Shown here one piece after another: positions 9,516 to 18,526 of a stretch of DNA of 40,037 nucleotides. The stretch's first letter is position 1. Every line of letters begins with the position of its first letter. The translations under genes were made by a program, and so were the position numbers. Location: IMG/VR virus record IMGVR_UViG_3300029822_000027, positions 1-40,037 of that record; one strand, written 5' to 3'. The notes under the pieces were generated by a model, which saw only the letters and a program-made list of their open reading frames with translations, was not told where the DNA came from and searched no databases. Source of the stretch: a virus (lineage: Duplodnaviria; Caudoviricetes).

Positions 9516-10918
9516 TCGAGCACCGGATCCCACCAGCCAACCGCATCGAGAAGGGCCGCCTGCGTGCGGCCCTTCTCATGTAGGGATTCGAGCACAGCCC
9601 AGTCGGCATCGCCGGCGAGCAGCGCGTGGGCGGTCACGACAGGCGCGAGCTGCCCGACACGCGAGATCCGGCCGTTGCCCTGCTCCCACAGCTCGTGAGA
9701 CCACGGCAGGGCGAACCAGACCACGGTTGATCCACCCGCCTGCAGGTTGATCCCGTGGCCGGCGCTCTGGGGGTGGGCGAGCAGGAGCGGCAGCTCTCGA
9801 CGATCCCAGGCCTCGACGGCGCCCGGCTCGCGCACCTCGCGCGCCCCCGGGAAGGCCTTCTTGATCCGCTCGAGCTCGTGCCTGAACCAGTAGAAGCAGA
9901 GCATCGGCTCGCCCTGCGCCTCATCTACAAGCTCGCGCAGGGCATCGATCTTCGCGGGGTGGACTTCCTCCCAGGCCTCCTCGGCCTCCTCACCCGGGCG
10001 CAGGTACACGGCCCCGCTCGCGAGCTGGCGCACCTTGCCGCCGAGGGCCGCGGCACCGATGGCGTGCAGCTCCTCGCCGCTCGCGAGCCGGGCCCGGCAC
10101 TCGTGAGCGAGCGTCGCTTCGAGGTCGCGCACCTGGCGCGGGAGCTCTAGCTCGATCGGGTTGACACGCAGCTCGGGCAGGCGCCTCGCGGCGAGCTTCT
10201 CGTCGAGGGAGAACGCCCAGGGTTTGAGCCGCTCGTGGATCTCCTGAGCAGCCCCGAGCTTCGGCTTCCAGGTCGCGAAGCGTAGATCACCCCAGCCCTC
10301 GGGCTCGAAGTACCGCTCGCGAAAGCCGGTGAAGGTCGGCCCGAGCGGCTTCTCACCGGCGACCGCGAAGAGCTCACCCCAGAGGTCGAGGAGCCGGTTG
10401 CCCACGGGCGAGCCCGTGAGGCCGAAGCGCACCGAGATGTCGCGCGCCTTCGCCCGCAGCCGCCTAAACCTCGAGGTGCCGGGGGCCTTGAGCTTGCTTA
10501 ACTCGTCGAAGACGATCGCGTCGTAGCGGCCCGCGAGGTCTCCAACCTCGTCGGTGAGCCAGAGCGCAAGCTCGTAGCTCATCACCTCGATCTTCTGGTG
10601 ACCCCAGCATGGTGGGCAGGCCCCGAGGGCGCGGCGACGCTGGGCGGGGTTTCCCCGCAGCGGCACTACCGAGATGCCCTGCAGGTGCTCCCAGGCCTGG
10701 GACTCCCGACCCCAGACGTTCTGAACCACGACCTGTGCCGGCGCGAGCACCAGCGTGCGCCTAACGTCGAGGTCACGCAGGGCGGTCAGGGTCGTCGCGG
10801 TTTTTCCGAGCCCCGGCTTGAGTAGCACTGCCTGCTGCCGGCGCTCGACCATCCGGCGCGCGGCCTCGGCCTGGTATGGATACAGAGAGGAGCGAGAGCG
10901 CAAGGGCGCAGGCCTCAT
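9512..10918 (-). CDS. SNF2-family (SF2) helicase
   Basis: LYPYQ, KPGLGKT, VFDELS, GLTGSP, SAGHGINLQ, QGNGRISRVGQ; likely start ATG 10918. Confidence 0.92.
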   Translation of the reverse strand: MRPAPLRSRSSLYPYQAEAARRMVERRQQAVLLKPGLGKTATTLTALRDLDVRRTLVLAPAQVVVQNVWGRESQAWEHLQGISVVPLRGNPAQRRRALGACPPCWGHQKIEVMSYELALWLTDEVGDLAGRYDAIVFDELSKLKAPGTSRFRRLRAKARDISVRFGLTGSPVGNRLLDLWGELFAVAGEKPLGPTFTGFRERYFEPEGWGDLRFATWKPKLGAAQEIHERLKPWAFSLDEKLAARRLPELRVNPIELELPRQVRDLEATLAHECRARLASGEELHAIGAAALGGKVRQLASGAVYLRPGEEAEEAWEEVHPAKIDALRELVDEAQGEPMLCFYWFRHELERIKKAFPGAREVREPGAVEAWDRRELPLLLAHPQSAGHGINLQAGGSTVVWFALPWSHELWEQGNGRISRVGQLAPVVTAHALLAGDADWAVLESLHEKGRTQAALLDAVGWWDPVLD

Positions 10919-11159
10919 CGGCTTCGCGTGGGGTGTGGGCGACAAGGACAGTATCCCCTATCGATCGCAGGTACTCGATCCGCAGGATTTGGGCGGCCCG
11001 CAGGCGCCCCTTCGCCTGCTTGAATTCGATCCAGAAGTGGACACCGGACCCGACGAGCACCTGCCGGTCGGGCCAGCCGTCGAAGCCGACCTTGATCGGC
11101 TGGGCGCCGAGCCGCTCGAGCCGTCGGCAGGTCTTGTGCTCGAGCGTCGACTCACGCAT
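10773..11159 (-). CDS. VRR-NUC domain nuclease
   Basis: MRESTLE..GWPDR..FWIEFK..GRLRAAQ; typical position upstream of SNF2. Confidence 0.88.
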   Translation of the reverse strand: MRESTLEHKTCRRLERLGAQPIKVGFDGWPDRQVLVGSGVHFWIEFKQAKGRLRAAQILRIEYLRSIGDTVLVAHTPREADEACALALSLLSVSIPGRGRAPDGRAPAAGSATQAGARKNRDDPDRPA

Positions 11160-11295
11160 CGCCGCTCATCGCTGCGAAGGCGGCCGAGGCGAGCGCATCA
11201 ACCCAGGCGGCTTGCCAGTCGCCAACCGCGGCGTGCCCGACGAGCAGGGCCCAGAAGGCGACGGCACAGAACGCTGCGGCACGCGAGACATTCAT
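11152..11295 (-). CDS. 47-aa small hydrophobic protein (absent from the ORF track)
   Basis: SD GGAGGT upstream; MNVSRAAAFCAVAFWALLVGHAAVGDWQAAWVDALASAAFAAMSGDA*; fills the gap between its neighbours. Confidence 0.6.
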   Translation of the reverse strand: MNVSRAAAFCAVAFWALLVGHAAVGDWQAAWVDALASAAFAAMSGDA

Positions 11296-11308
11296 CCCCC
11301 ACCTCCGG

Positions 11309-11554
11309 CTATCCAGCGATGAGACCCGAGACCTGCTGCGACAGAGCTCCGCGGTAGAGCGCGCCGAGCCGAGCGATGATGCGCGAGCAGAGCGCCAGCC
11401 TCTTGCGCCCGCGCGCCTCGACGACGAGCAACGCGAGGAGCGTATCCTCGTCGAGCTTGGGCAGCGCCTTGGTGAGCACCCGCTCGTTGGCGAGCAGCGG
11501 CACGACGTGCGCCTCCCTGTCCTTCGACACCCGAACCTTCGACAGATCGATCAT
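11309..11554 (-). CDS. Hypothetical protein (81 aa)
   Basis: ATGA overlap with the polymerase stop; MIDLSKVRVSKDRE... Confidence 0.7.
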   Translation of the reverse strand: MIDLSKVRVSKDREAHVVPLLANERVLTKALPKLDEDTLLALLVVEARGRKRLALCSRIIARLGALYRGALSQQVSGLIAG

Positions 11555-13509
11555 TTCCGGTACCTCTCGCACTCGAAGCTCTCGGCCTCGATAGGCAGAC
11601 CATCCGCCCATTTCGGGGCAACAGTTAGCAGCTTATGAAATTCCTGTAAAGTGCCTTTCCCACTTTTCTCGGCGATCACCTCGTCATGGACGGTGCCGAC
11701 AAGCGGATACCCGGCGGCTTCGAGCCGCAGCATCGCTTCGGCGATTACGTCCCGGCTGACCGCCTGCGTGACGTTCTCAGCGATCTTTCCCCCGTAGGTC
11801 GGGCACGGGCCCCAGCGGCCGCCGTTGCGCAGGTCTCGCCCGTAGTAGCGAATCGACCCGTCGGGCCGGATCTCGGGTCGGCCGTAGCGGATCCGGCGCC
11901 CGCTCGGCAGCTCGATCCACGCATAGTCAAGCCCGCCGACCACCTCCAGGCCCATGAAGAGCGCGACACCCCCGGGCGCCTGGACCCGGATCCGGTCCGA
12001 GCGATTGCGTATCGCGTGGGCGAGCCCGGCTTCGAGCAGGCGCCAGAAGCGCACTATTGCGGGGTTGGCCGTGCGGTAGGTTTTGATCACACGCCGGGCG
12101 AAGGAATCCTCGATCTGGACGTCGTAGGTCTCATCGAGCAAGCCAGAGAAGCCCTTCGATCCGAGCCCATAGCCCGCGCCCAAAACGACCTGCTTGCCCA
12201 TGAATCGCTCGGCCTTATCCTTCTTCACGACCGGCCGCCCGTAGATCTTCGCAGCCATCATGCAGTAGGGATCCGCCTTGTCGCGGAAGGCCTGTACGAG
12301 ATCCGCCTGCCCGGCGAGCCATGCAAGGGTGCGCGCCTCAATCTGCGCCAGGTCACCCACCCAGAACGGGCCGACGAGGTATCCCCGCAGCATGTCGGCC
12401 ACGACCGAGACGTCGTCAAGGGGAGGCTCGGGCGGGTCTTTCGGCTCCCCGACGAAGGCCAGGCTGAGGGCCCCCGCGTGCAAGGCTCGGAAGGCAAGCT
12501 CTGTCTGCTCTCCGAGACCCCGGCGCAGGTTCTGGAGCTGCGCGCCGCTCGAGCTCCATCGGCCGGTTCGCTCGGCGCCACAGAAGGTGAAGGCTCCCCG
12601 CAACCGGCCGTCCCGGGTCGTGCGCCACTCGAAGGCCTCGAGCTTGGCGGTAGAGCTGCGCGAGAGCTGGACGAAGATCTCGAGGGCCCGGCGGGTTCGC
12701 GCGGGCAGGTCGGGCCGGCGCAGCGCCTTGCGCACGGTGGGCTTGCGGACATTCTCGAGCCCGAGGCTCTCGGCGACCTTCGCGTAGCTTTTCACCGGGC
12801 GGCCGACCAGGGCGCGAAACTCCTCGGCGAGCTCGCGCGTGGAGCCTTCCAGGTGCTCCTGGGCCGGGCGGATGCTGGCCGTGTCGATTCGGATGCCGCG
12901 GCGGTTCATCCGGGCGGTCATCTGCCGGATCTCTTCCTCCTGCGGGTCGAGGGCGCGCAGCCGCTTATGTGCGGCGCGCATCACCTCGACATCCTGGGCA
13001 CAGTAGGGGTAGAGCCGCTCAAACTTCTCGGGTGCCGTGCGCGGTGTCCACCAGCGATCGGGGTTCTCCTGGCTCGGGCGCCGCGGCTTCGTGAGCTGCA
13101 GCATGATCCGGCTGCCTTCCATATCCTTCGCCTTGTCGGGCTCGTCGGGCCAGAGGTAGATGGCGAGATCCTCGAGCTTGCGCGGAAGGCCCATCCCGGC
13201 GGCGAGCGCGGCGGTGTCCAGCCAAGGCCAGTCGGCCAGATCGAGGACGCTCGCCTCGAATTCGACGTTGTGAGCGACGAGGGTGAGCCCGTCATCCTTC
13301 CCGATGCACACCCCGTGGAATCGGTCGAGCTCGTCGCGGGATAGAGACCCGTCGGGCTCATCCCCCTGCCACACCCGCACCGGAGCATCCCCGAGGGCAT
13401 ACGCGATGCAGAGCACGCGCGTGCTTGGGTGTTCTGCATATGCGTAGGGTCCGACCTTGGTAACGTCGAGCTCGCTGCGGGTTTCGATGTCGAGGTAGAG
13501 GAAGGGCAC
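11551..13509 (-). CDS. polA: Family A DNA polymerase with 3'-5' exonuclease (BPP-1/APSE-like)
   Basis: Exo motifs LDIETRS, VAHNVEFE, YCAQDV; RTGRWSS..QLQN; motif A DLAQIEAR; motif B RFMGKQVVLGAGYG; motif C TVHDE; probable GTG start at 13509. Confidence 0.95.
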   Translation of the reverse strand: MPFLYLDIETRSELDVTKVGPYAYAEHPSTRVLCIAYALGDAPVRVWQGDEPDGSLSRDELDRFHGVCIGKDDGLTLVAHNVEFEASVLDLADWPWLDTAALAAGMGLPRKLEDLAIYLWPDEPDKAKDMEGSRIMLQLTKPRRPSQENPDRWWTPRTAPEKFERLYPYCAQDVEVMRAAHKRLRALDPQEEEIRQMTARMNRRGIRIDTASIRPAQEHLEGSTRELAEEFRALVGRPVKSYAKVAESLGLENVRKPTVRKALRRPDLPARTRRALEIFVQLSRSSTAKLEAFEWRTTRDGRLRGAFTFCGAERTGRWSSSGAQLQNLRRGLGEQTELAFRALHAGALSLAFVGEPKDPPEPPLDDVSVVADMLRGYLVGPFWVGDLAQIEARTLAWLAGQADLVQAFRDKADPYCMMAAKIYGRPVVKKDKAERFMGKQVVLGAGYGLGSKGFSGLLDETYDVQIEDSFARRVIKTYRTANPAIVRFWRLLEAGLAHAIRNRSDRIRVQAPGGVALFMGLEVVGGLDYAWIELPSGRRIRYGRPEIRPDGSIRYYGRDLRNGGRWGPCPTYGGKIAENVTQAVSRDVIAEAMLRLEAAGYPLVGTVHDEVIAEKSGKGTLQEFHKLLTVAPKWADGLPIEAESFECERYRK

Positions 13510-13524
13510 GGGCGAGCCTGGAGT

Positions 13525-13559
13525 GAAAAGGGCCCGGCGCCAAATTGCCGCCGGGCCCT
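13525..13559 (-). terminator. Intrinsic terminator-like hairpin between the SSB and polymerase genes
   Basis: 11-bp stem AGGGCCCGGCG/CGCCGGGCCCT running into a T tract (TTTTCAC) on the minus strand. Confidence 0.7.
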
Positions 13560-13583
13560 GCGTGGTGCGCTTGTGGCTAGCGG

Positions 13584-14189
13584 CTAGTCGAGCAGATCGT
13601 CGGTGCCGGTGGCGGCCGCCGCGGGCTCCTCCTCGAAGACGCAATCATCGAACGCCTTCGACGCATCGATCCCACCGTCGAGCCGCTCACCCTTCTTCAC
13701 GACCTGCAGGGCGAGCAGGCCGAGGGCCACACCCTTGTTGCCGCCTTTGTCGTAGGCGTAGGGCTGGACGATGGCGCGGAAGAAGCAGCCCGAGTAGCAG
13801 TCAGCCTCGTCGAAGACCGGGTTGCGCTTGCCGTCGACAACCTGCGGCTTGCGGTTCGCCTTGCTCTTCGCGGACACGTAGATCTTGCCCGCGTAGACCG
13901 CATCCTCGGGCCGCTCGATATCACCGTCGCGGAACGGGGAGTCCAACTTCTTGTTCTTCGGCACGTCCTTGCCGAAGAGCTTCGCCGCGTCGGGCCCGAA
14001 CTTCTTGGTTGCGACCTCGATGACCGCAGCCTTGAGGGCCTTGAGTCCAGCCATCGCCTCCTTGTCAGTCTTCGACCAGAGCAGGCCGATCGAAAACTTC
14101 GGCTCCTGCCCCTCCTCGATGGCGCGGGGCTCGAAGACGGTGACATAGCTGCCGAGAGCGATGGGGGTGGTGATCTTGGGGTTTGCCAT
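13584..14189 (-). CDS. DUF2815-family ssDNA-binding protein (T7 gp2.5-like)
   Basis: SYVTVFEPR, PFRDGD, YSGC, GNKGVALGLLALQVVKKGERLDG, acidic tail DDLLD. Confidence 0.9.
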   Translation of the reverse strand: MANPKITTPIALGSYVTVFEPRAIEEGQEPKFSIGLLWSKTDKEAMAGLKALKAAVIEVATKKFGPDAAKLFGKDVPKNKKLDSPFRDGDIERPEDAVYAGKIYVSAKSKANRKPQVVDGKRNPVFDEADCYSGCFFRAIVQPYAYDKGGNKGVALGLLALQVVKKGERLDGGIDASKAFDDCVFEEEPAAAATGTDDLLD

Positions 14190-14246
14190 TTTGTCGTTTC
14201 TCCGTTTAAGTTTTCTGCGATTCGGCGATTTTGTGTTGCGATTGGG

Positions 14247-14276
14247 AATCTACGCGAGGGGCGGGCGGGGTGTCAA
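14247..14276 (-). promoter_or_regulatory. Sigma70-like promoter for the SSB/polymerase genes
   Basis: TTGACA-N18-TAGATT on the minus strand, upstream of an A-rich leader and SD GGAG. Confidence 0.7.
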
Positions 14277-14280
14277 GTGG

Positions 14281-15438
14281 CTACTCGATCATCTCGAATT
14301 CGGGCTCGAGCGCGGGCCGGGGGTCGTCGGAGCGCACGAGGATGGGATCACCCTCGGGCTTCTCGATGAGCGGCTGCAGCACTGCGGCGCCGGCCTTGCC
14401 TGCCTTCTTCTCGGCCTGGGCCGGGGTGACGAGCTTGCGCGGGGCGTACTCGTCGGGGTCGAGGCCGATCCCCTCGAGCGCCCTCATCGCCCGCTTCTCG
14501 TCGACCCATCGCCGATGCTTGCCGGTCGACAATACCCGCTTGAACCCGGGCACCGCCGTGCCCATCGAGAGCAGGCGCGCGGCGTGGGCACGCACGGCTG
14601 CGATGTAGCTCTCGATCGCGCTCGCCTTCTCGAGCACCTCGGCGACCTGCTCTGGGGCGATGGTGCCCGGGTCCGCGAAGGCGCCCTGCGCGAGCCGCAG
14701 GGCCTGCCCGCGCGCCTCGGGGCAGTGGACCCGACCTCGGCACCACTTGCACTGAGCCTCTCCAGGCACGCGGGGGCTCTCGGGGTCGAGGGCCGCATCG
14801 ATGAGCGGGCGCCAGGTGTTGACGAGCCCGTGGACCTTCGACATCGGCACAACCTCTTCCTTCACCCCGCCATTGCGCGGCTGCAGGATGACCGTGCGCA
14901 CGCGGTCGAAGCCGAAGACTGCCTCCCGGTGCTCGAGGCCGAGCGCGTAGAGGAGAAGCTGTTTATTCTCGGAGACGTCAACGTCGCCATAGCCGAACTT
15001 GAAATCCAAGACGACGAGCTCCTCGGGGGTGACGATGCAGACGTCAGCCGTACCCCAGAGGCACGTCTTCCCCGTCGCGGGGTCGACGGGCAGGCCGAAC
15101 GCAAGGCCGATGTCGACCTCCTGCTCGAGGTAGAGGACGTGGTCGGGGTGAGCCTCTAGGTAGGCGCGTACCCAGTCGATGCACTCCTGCACCCACTCGG
15201 CCATATCCTCGGTGAAAGTGACGGGCTCCTGACCCTTGCCGACCGAGACCTTCTCACCGATGTAGAGCTTCGCGCTCTTGCCGCGGCGCAGGCATCGTTC
15301 GGCGATGGCGTGACACGCCGTGCCCTCATTGCTCGCTGCGTTGCCCTCGTCGGGCTCCTGCGGCAGGTGGAGTGAACCGGGGCAAGCGAGCCATCTCGAC
15401 GCGCCGGAGGGGGAGAGTTTCGCGTGGGACTCAGGCAT
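14281..15438 (-). CDS. DUF2800 Cas4-like PD-(D/E)XK exonuclease
   Basis: HAKLSPSGASRWLACPGS, GTAD, VLDFKFG, QLLLYALG, QCKWC..CP. Confidence 0.9.
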   Translation of the reverse strand: MPESHAKLSPSGASRWLACPGSLHLPQEPDEGNAASNEGTACHAIAERCLRRGKSAKLYIGEKVSVGKGQEPVTFTEDMAEWVQECIDWVRAYLEAHPDHVLYLEQEVDIGLAFGLPVDPATGKTCLWGTADVCIVTPEELVVLDFKFGYGDVDVSENKQLLLYALGLEHREAVFGFDRVRTVILQPRNGGVKEEVVPMSKVHGLVNTWRPLIDAALDPESPRVPGEAQCKWCRGRVHCPEARGQALRLAQGAFADPGTIAPEQVAEVLEKASAIESYIAAVRAHAARLLSMGTAVPGFKRVLSTGKHRRWVDEKRAMRALEGIGLDPDEYAPRKLVTPAQAEKKAGKAGAAVLQPLIEKPEGDPILVRSDDPRPALEPEFEMIE

Positions 15439-15503
15439 TTCGTCTACTCCTTGAGAGGAAGGGGCGGCGCCCGAGAAGGCGCCGCGCCCTGGGGTGTTGC
15501 TGG

Positions 15504-16097
15504 CTATCCGAGCAGGTCGTCAACGGCGCTCGGCGGCTCATCTGCGTCGGCCATCGCGGCGAGCACCTCGAACCGGCGGGCCTCGGGGACGTCCGAGACC
15601 TTCTCGGCGCCGCAGGTCTGCTTGAGCAGCTCGACCATCTTCTGCGCGCCCGCCGGCTTACCGCCGTGCGCCTCGATCCACTTCATCACCTGGGCGCGAA
15701 ACTCCTCGAGGGTGGGGATCTTCTTCGCCGCGGGCTCCTCGTCGGCCGGGCACCCCACGTGGATGGTGCGCCCGTCGACCTTGCTCTTCGAGGTGTTCTC
15801 GGGGGTGAGAACCGCGCCGCACGCGCAGGTCTCGGGCTCCTCGGCGCCGAGGTCGAGGGGGTCGGGCCCCTCGGCGGCCGGCTTGATCGGGGTGACGTTG
15901 TTGGGCTTCGCCTCGGCGGCCGCGGCTTCCCGCGCGGCGAGCTCGGCCTTGCTCGGGCGGCCGCGCCCACGCTTGGGCGCCTCGGCCGCCGTGTGGGGCA
16001 CCGTCGCCATACCGTCGGCGATGCGCTCGAGGGCGACGGCTCCGCGCTCGGTGAGGGCGAGGATTGCTGTGATGGTGGCTTCGATCATCTTCAACAT
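15504..16097 (-). CDS. Ala/Glu/Pro-rich hypothetical replication-module protein
   Basis: SD AAGGAG, ATG 16097; AT-hook-like KRGRGRP; CACG..HVGC; acidic tail DDLLG similar to that of the SSB. Confidence 0.75.
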   Translation of the reverse strand: MLKMIEATITAILALTERGAVALERIADGMATVPHTAAEAPKRGRGRPSKAELAAREAAAAEAKPNNVTPIKPAAEGPDPLDLGAEEPETCACGAVLTPENTSKSKVDGRTIHVGCPADEEPAAKKIPTLEEFRAQVMKWIEAHGGKPAGAQKMVELLKQTCGAEKVSDVPEARRFEVLAAMADADEPPSAVDDLLG

Positions 16098-16121
16098 GGG
16101 GTGCTGCTCCTTGCTGCTGGG

Positions 16122-16157
16122 GTGAAAACTCCCGGCCCGGGCCAATCCCGAGCCGGG
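16122..16157 (-). terminator. Terminator/attenuator-like hairpin
   Basis: CCCGGCTCGGG/CCCGGGCCGGG stem followed by AGTTTTCAC on the minus strand. Confidence 0.55.
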
Positions 16158-16187
16158 CTGCCGGCGGGCGCTTTGGTGAACGTCCCC

Positions 16188-16418
16188 CTACGAAGGGTGC
16201 GAGGCTTTCAGCCCTGCCTCGTCATGTTCCCCGCCGGCGACAAGCTGCTCTCTAATCCAGGCGCACAGCTGTGCGTCGGGGTGCTGCCCGGCTTTGTACC
16301 GCGCCCCGAAGGTCGAGGCGAGGAAGAGCCGAAGGTGCTTGGTGCAGAGGGTGCGACGGGCGGGCCCGTCGGCGAGGCGCTTCGTCGCGCCTTTGAATCC
16401 GCAGATTCTGCAGGTCAT
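16188..16418 (-). CDS. Small putative zinc-binding protein
   Basis: CRIC..CTKH; ATGA overlap with the upstream gene. Confidence 0.65.
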   Translation of the reverse strand: MTCRICGFKGATKRLADGPARRTLCTKHLRLFLASTFGARYKAGQHPDAQLCAWIREQLVAGGEHDEAGLKASHPS

Positions 16419-16876
16419 CCCATCATCCTCTCTCGGCAGACGGGCCCTAAGCCCGTGGCGATTGAATCAGGGTCGGTCAATTCACGGTGGCAACGGCTGC
16501 ACACTCCAGAATGCCAGATCTCGGCCTGCTCGAAGAACTTCGCGGGGTTGTTCTCGAGGGTGCGCAGCATCCACGCGAAGGCCTCGACGGGCGCCTGCCT
16601 GGTGACCTTCGGCGAGACTGAGAAGACCATCGAATCCTCTACGTACAGATCGCGAGAATCGAGCCCGCCGATGTATCGGTAGTCGCTTCCGTTGTCCGGG
16701 CCGACGAGCAAGCGGACAAAGCACCATTCATCAAGCTCGTTGCGCGGATTGCGCCGCTCGACCTCGTAGGTATACCGCTTGCCGGTGACCTTCGACACGA
16801 GGGTCAGATGAGCCTTGCCGGCGAAGAGGAAAGCGCGGATTGCCTTCGGATCGGTGATGGGGGCTGCGGGGGCCAT
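16415..16876 (-). CDS. DUF6011-like zinc-ribbon phage protein
   Basis: CSRCHRELTDPDSIATGLGPVC; SD GGAG before ATG 16876. Confidence 0.8.
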   Translation of the reverse strand: MAPAAPITDPKAIRAFLFAGKAHLTLVSKVTGKRYTYEVERRNPRNELDEWCFVRLLVGPDNGSDYRYIGGLDSRDLYVEDSMVFSVSPKVTRQAPVEAFAWMLRTLENNPAKFFEQAEIWHSGVCSRCHRELTDPDSIATGLGPVCRERMMG

Positions 16877-16915
16877 CGTCTGTGCTCCGTCAAGGTTCGT
16901 GTTGCGTGTGCCGTT

Positions 16916-16978
16916 TAGATATGCGATTCCGAGAATCCCGTCAAGTACCTTGCGAAAAAATCTTGCGCGGGGTAGGTT
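16916..16978. promoter_or_regulatory. Back-to-back divergent sigma70-like promoters
   Basis: Minus strand TTGACG-N17-TATCTA (16944-16916); plus strand TTGCGA-N17-TAGGTT (16950-16978); lies at the strand switch. Confidence 0.7.
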
Positions 16979-17018
16979 TCGCCTCGCAACACTTCCACCG
17001 AAAGGACAGACCGAAACC

Positions 17019-18368
17019 ATGCCCACGTTGACGAACGACCAGCAAGCGGCGCTCGAGAAGATCGGCGCCTGGATGCGCGACCCGACGAGCACCGCCTATC
17101 TATTGGAGGGCGGCGCGGGGGTCGGCAAAACCTACCTCCTGCAGGCCATCCTCGAGGAGCAGCTCGGGCGCGGCGAGATCATCGTAGCGACCCCCACGCA
17201 CAAGGCGACGAACGTGATCCGGCGCAAGCTCGACACGGCGGGCCTGCCCTGGACCCGCGGATACGACGCCTATTCACACTGCGGCGGGATCGTGACCGGC
17301 ACCACTGCGGCCCTGCTCGGGATCGCCCCGGTGATCGATGAGCATCAGACGGAGAAAGAGACGAAATTCGGCAAGAGCGGCAAGGGGATCCTCTCCAAGC
17401 TCATTCCGCGCCTGCTCGTGATCGATGAGGTCTCGATGCTCGACTGCGCCTCCTTCCTAGACTTGGTCAAGCTGGGGCGCGACCGCGGCATGAAGATCCT
17501 CGCCGTGGGCGACGCGGGGCAGCTGCCGCCGGTGAAGAAGCAGGCGATCCCCTTCGCGAAGATCAAGAACCAAAGCACGCTGCGGCAGGTCGTGCGCCAG
17601 GCCGAGGGCTCAGCCATCGTCGAGCTCGCCTGGGCGATCCGAGAGGGGCGCCCCTGGCGCAACATCGTAGGGCGCGGGGTGGAGCGGCCCGCGCGCGCTC
17701 TCGACGCCTTCCTCTCGACTGTGTCCAAGCCTGGGGACCTGCCCGAGGAAGACCGGCCGGTGTTCATCGCCTACCGCAACTGCGTCGTCGACACCGCGCA
17801 GGAGGCGGCCTGTCAGAAGGTCTACAGGCACGGAAGGCGGGCCTTCGCCGCGGGAGAGCTCGTGCTGTGCGAGAGCAACCTCTACCGCGACAAGGTGCTG
17901 CTCGCCGCGAACCAAGACGAGCTCATCGTCGAGCGGTTCCACGAGGACCAGCGCGACGAGACCTGCGGGGTGCCGGTGACGTTGCGGCACCGGGCAGGGC
18001 CGCGGGGGAGCTTCCGCGCATACTACCTCTCGCCCGAGGAGATGGCCGACAAGAGGCACCCCTTCAACGTCGAGCTCGCCGAGCGCAGCACGCGCGCCAA
18101 CAACCTGCAGCAGGAATTCGACCGGCTCCCGCGCACCGACTCGCGGAGGGCTGCCGTGGACAGCGAGCGCCGGCAGGCCTGGCGCGCCTTCTTCGAGTGG
18201 CGCGACCAGACGGTGATCAGCTTCCGGCACCCCTTCGCCCTCACCAGTCATAAGAGCCAGGGGAGTACCTACCGGGCCGTCTATGCGGATGTCGCCGACC
18301 TCGCCAAGCATTCGGCGGCTTCGCTTTATGTCGCGGTCACCCGGCCGCGGGAGACTCTCGCGGTCTAG
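17019..18368 (+). CDS. Dda/RecD-like SF1B helicase
   Basis: LTNDQQ, GGAGVGKT, TPTHKA, VIDEVSM, GDAGQLPPV, VVRQ, TSHKSQGSTY, LYVAVTR; SD AAAGGA, ATG 17019. Confidence 0.92.
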   Translation: MPTLTNDQQAALEKIGAWMRDPTSTAYLLEGGAGVGKTYLLQAILEEQLGRGEIIVATPTHKATNVIRRKLDTAGLPWTRGYDAYSHCGGIVTGTTAALLGIAPVIDEHQTEKETKFGKSGKGILSKLIPRLLVIDEVSMLDCASFLDLVKLGRDRGMKILAVGDAGQLPPVKKQAIPFAKIKNQSTLRQVVRQAEGSAIVELAWAIREGRPWRNIVGRGVERPARALDAFLSTVSKPGDLPEEDRPVFIAYRNCVVDTAQEAACQKVYRHGRRAFAAGELVLCESNLYRDKVLLAANQDELIVERFHEDQRDETCGVPVTLRHRAGPRGSFRAYYLSPEEMADKRHPFNVELAERSTRANNLQQEFDRLPRTDSRRAAVDSERRQAWRAFFEWRDQTVISFRHPFALTSHKSQGSTYRAVYADVADLAKHSAASLYVAVTRPRETLAV

Positions 18369-18393
18369 CACCCCATTCGCGCCGTGAAGTGTG

Positions 18394-18423
18394 GGCCCGT
18401 CGGCATTGTCGACGGGCCTTTTT
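18394..18423 (+). terminator. Rho-independent terminator
   Basis: GGCCCGTCG/CGACGGGCC stem followed by TTTTT after the helicase stop. Confidence 0.8.
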
Positions 18424-18463
18424 CTGCCCAAAATCCGCAGCTGTAGCGGCGGCGACGTTTTAC

Positions 18464-18526
18464 CCTTGACGGGCGCGCCCGAACGATAGTATGGGAATCT
18501 GTGAAACCTTGACAGGAGCCGACGAA
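18464..18526 (+). promoter_or_regulatory. Promoter/RBS cassette, copy A
   Basis: CCTTGACGGG...TAGTAT...TCTGTGAA..ACAGGAGCCGAC; 44/60 ungapped identity to 24100-24159. Confidence 0.7.
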
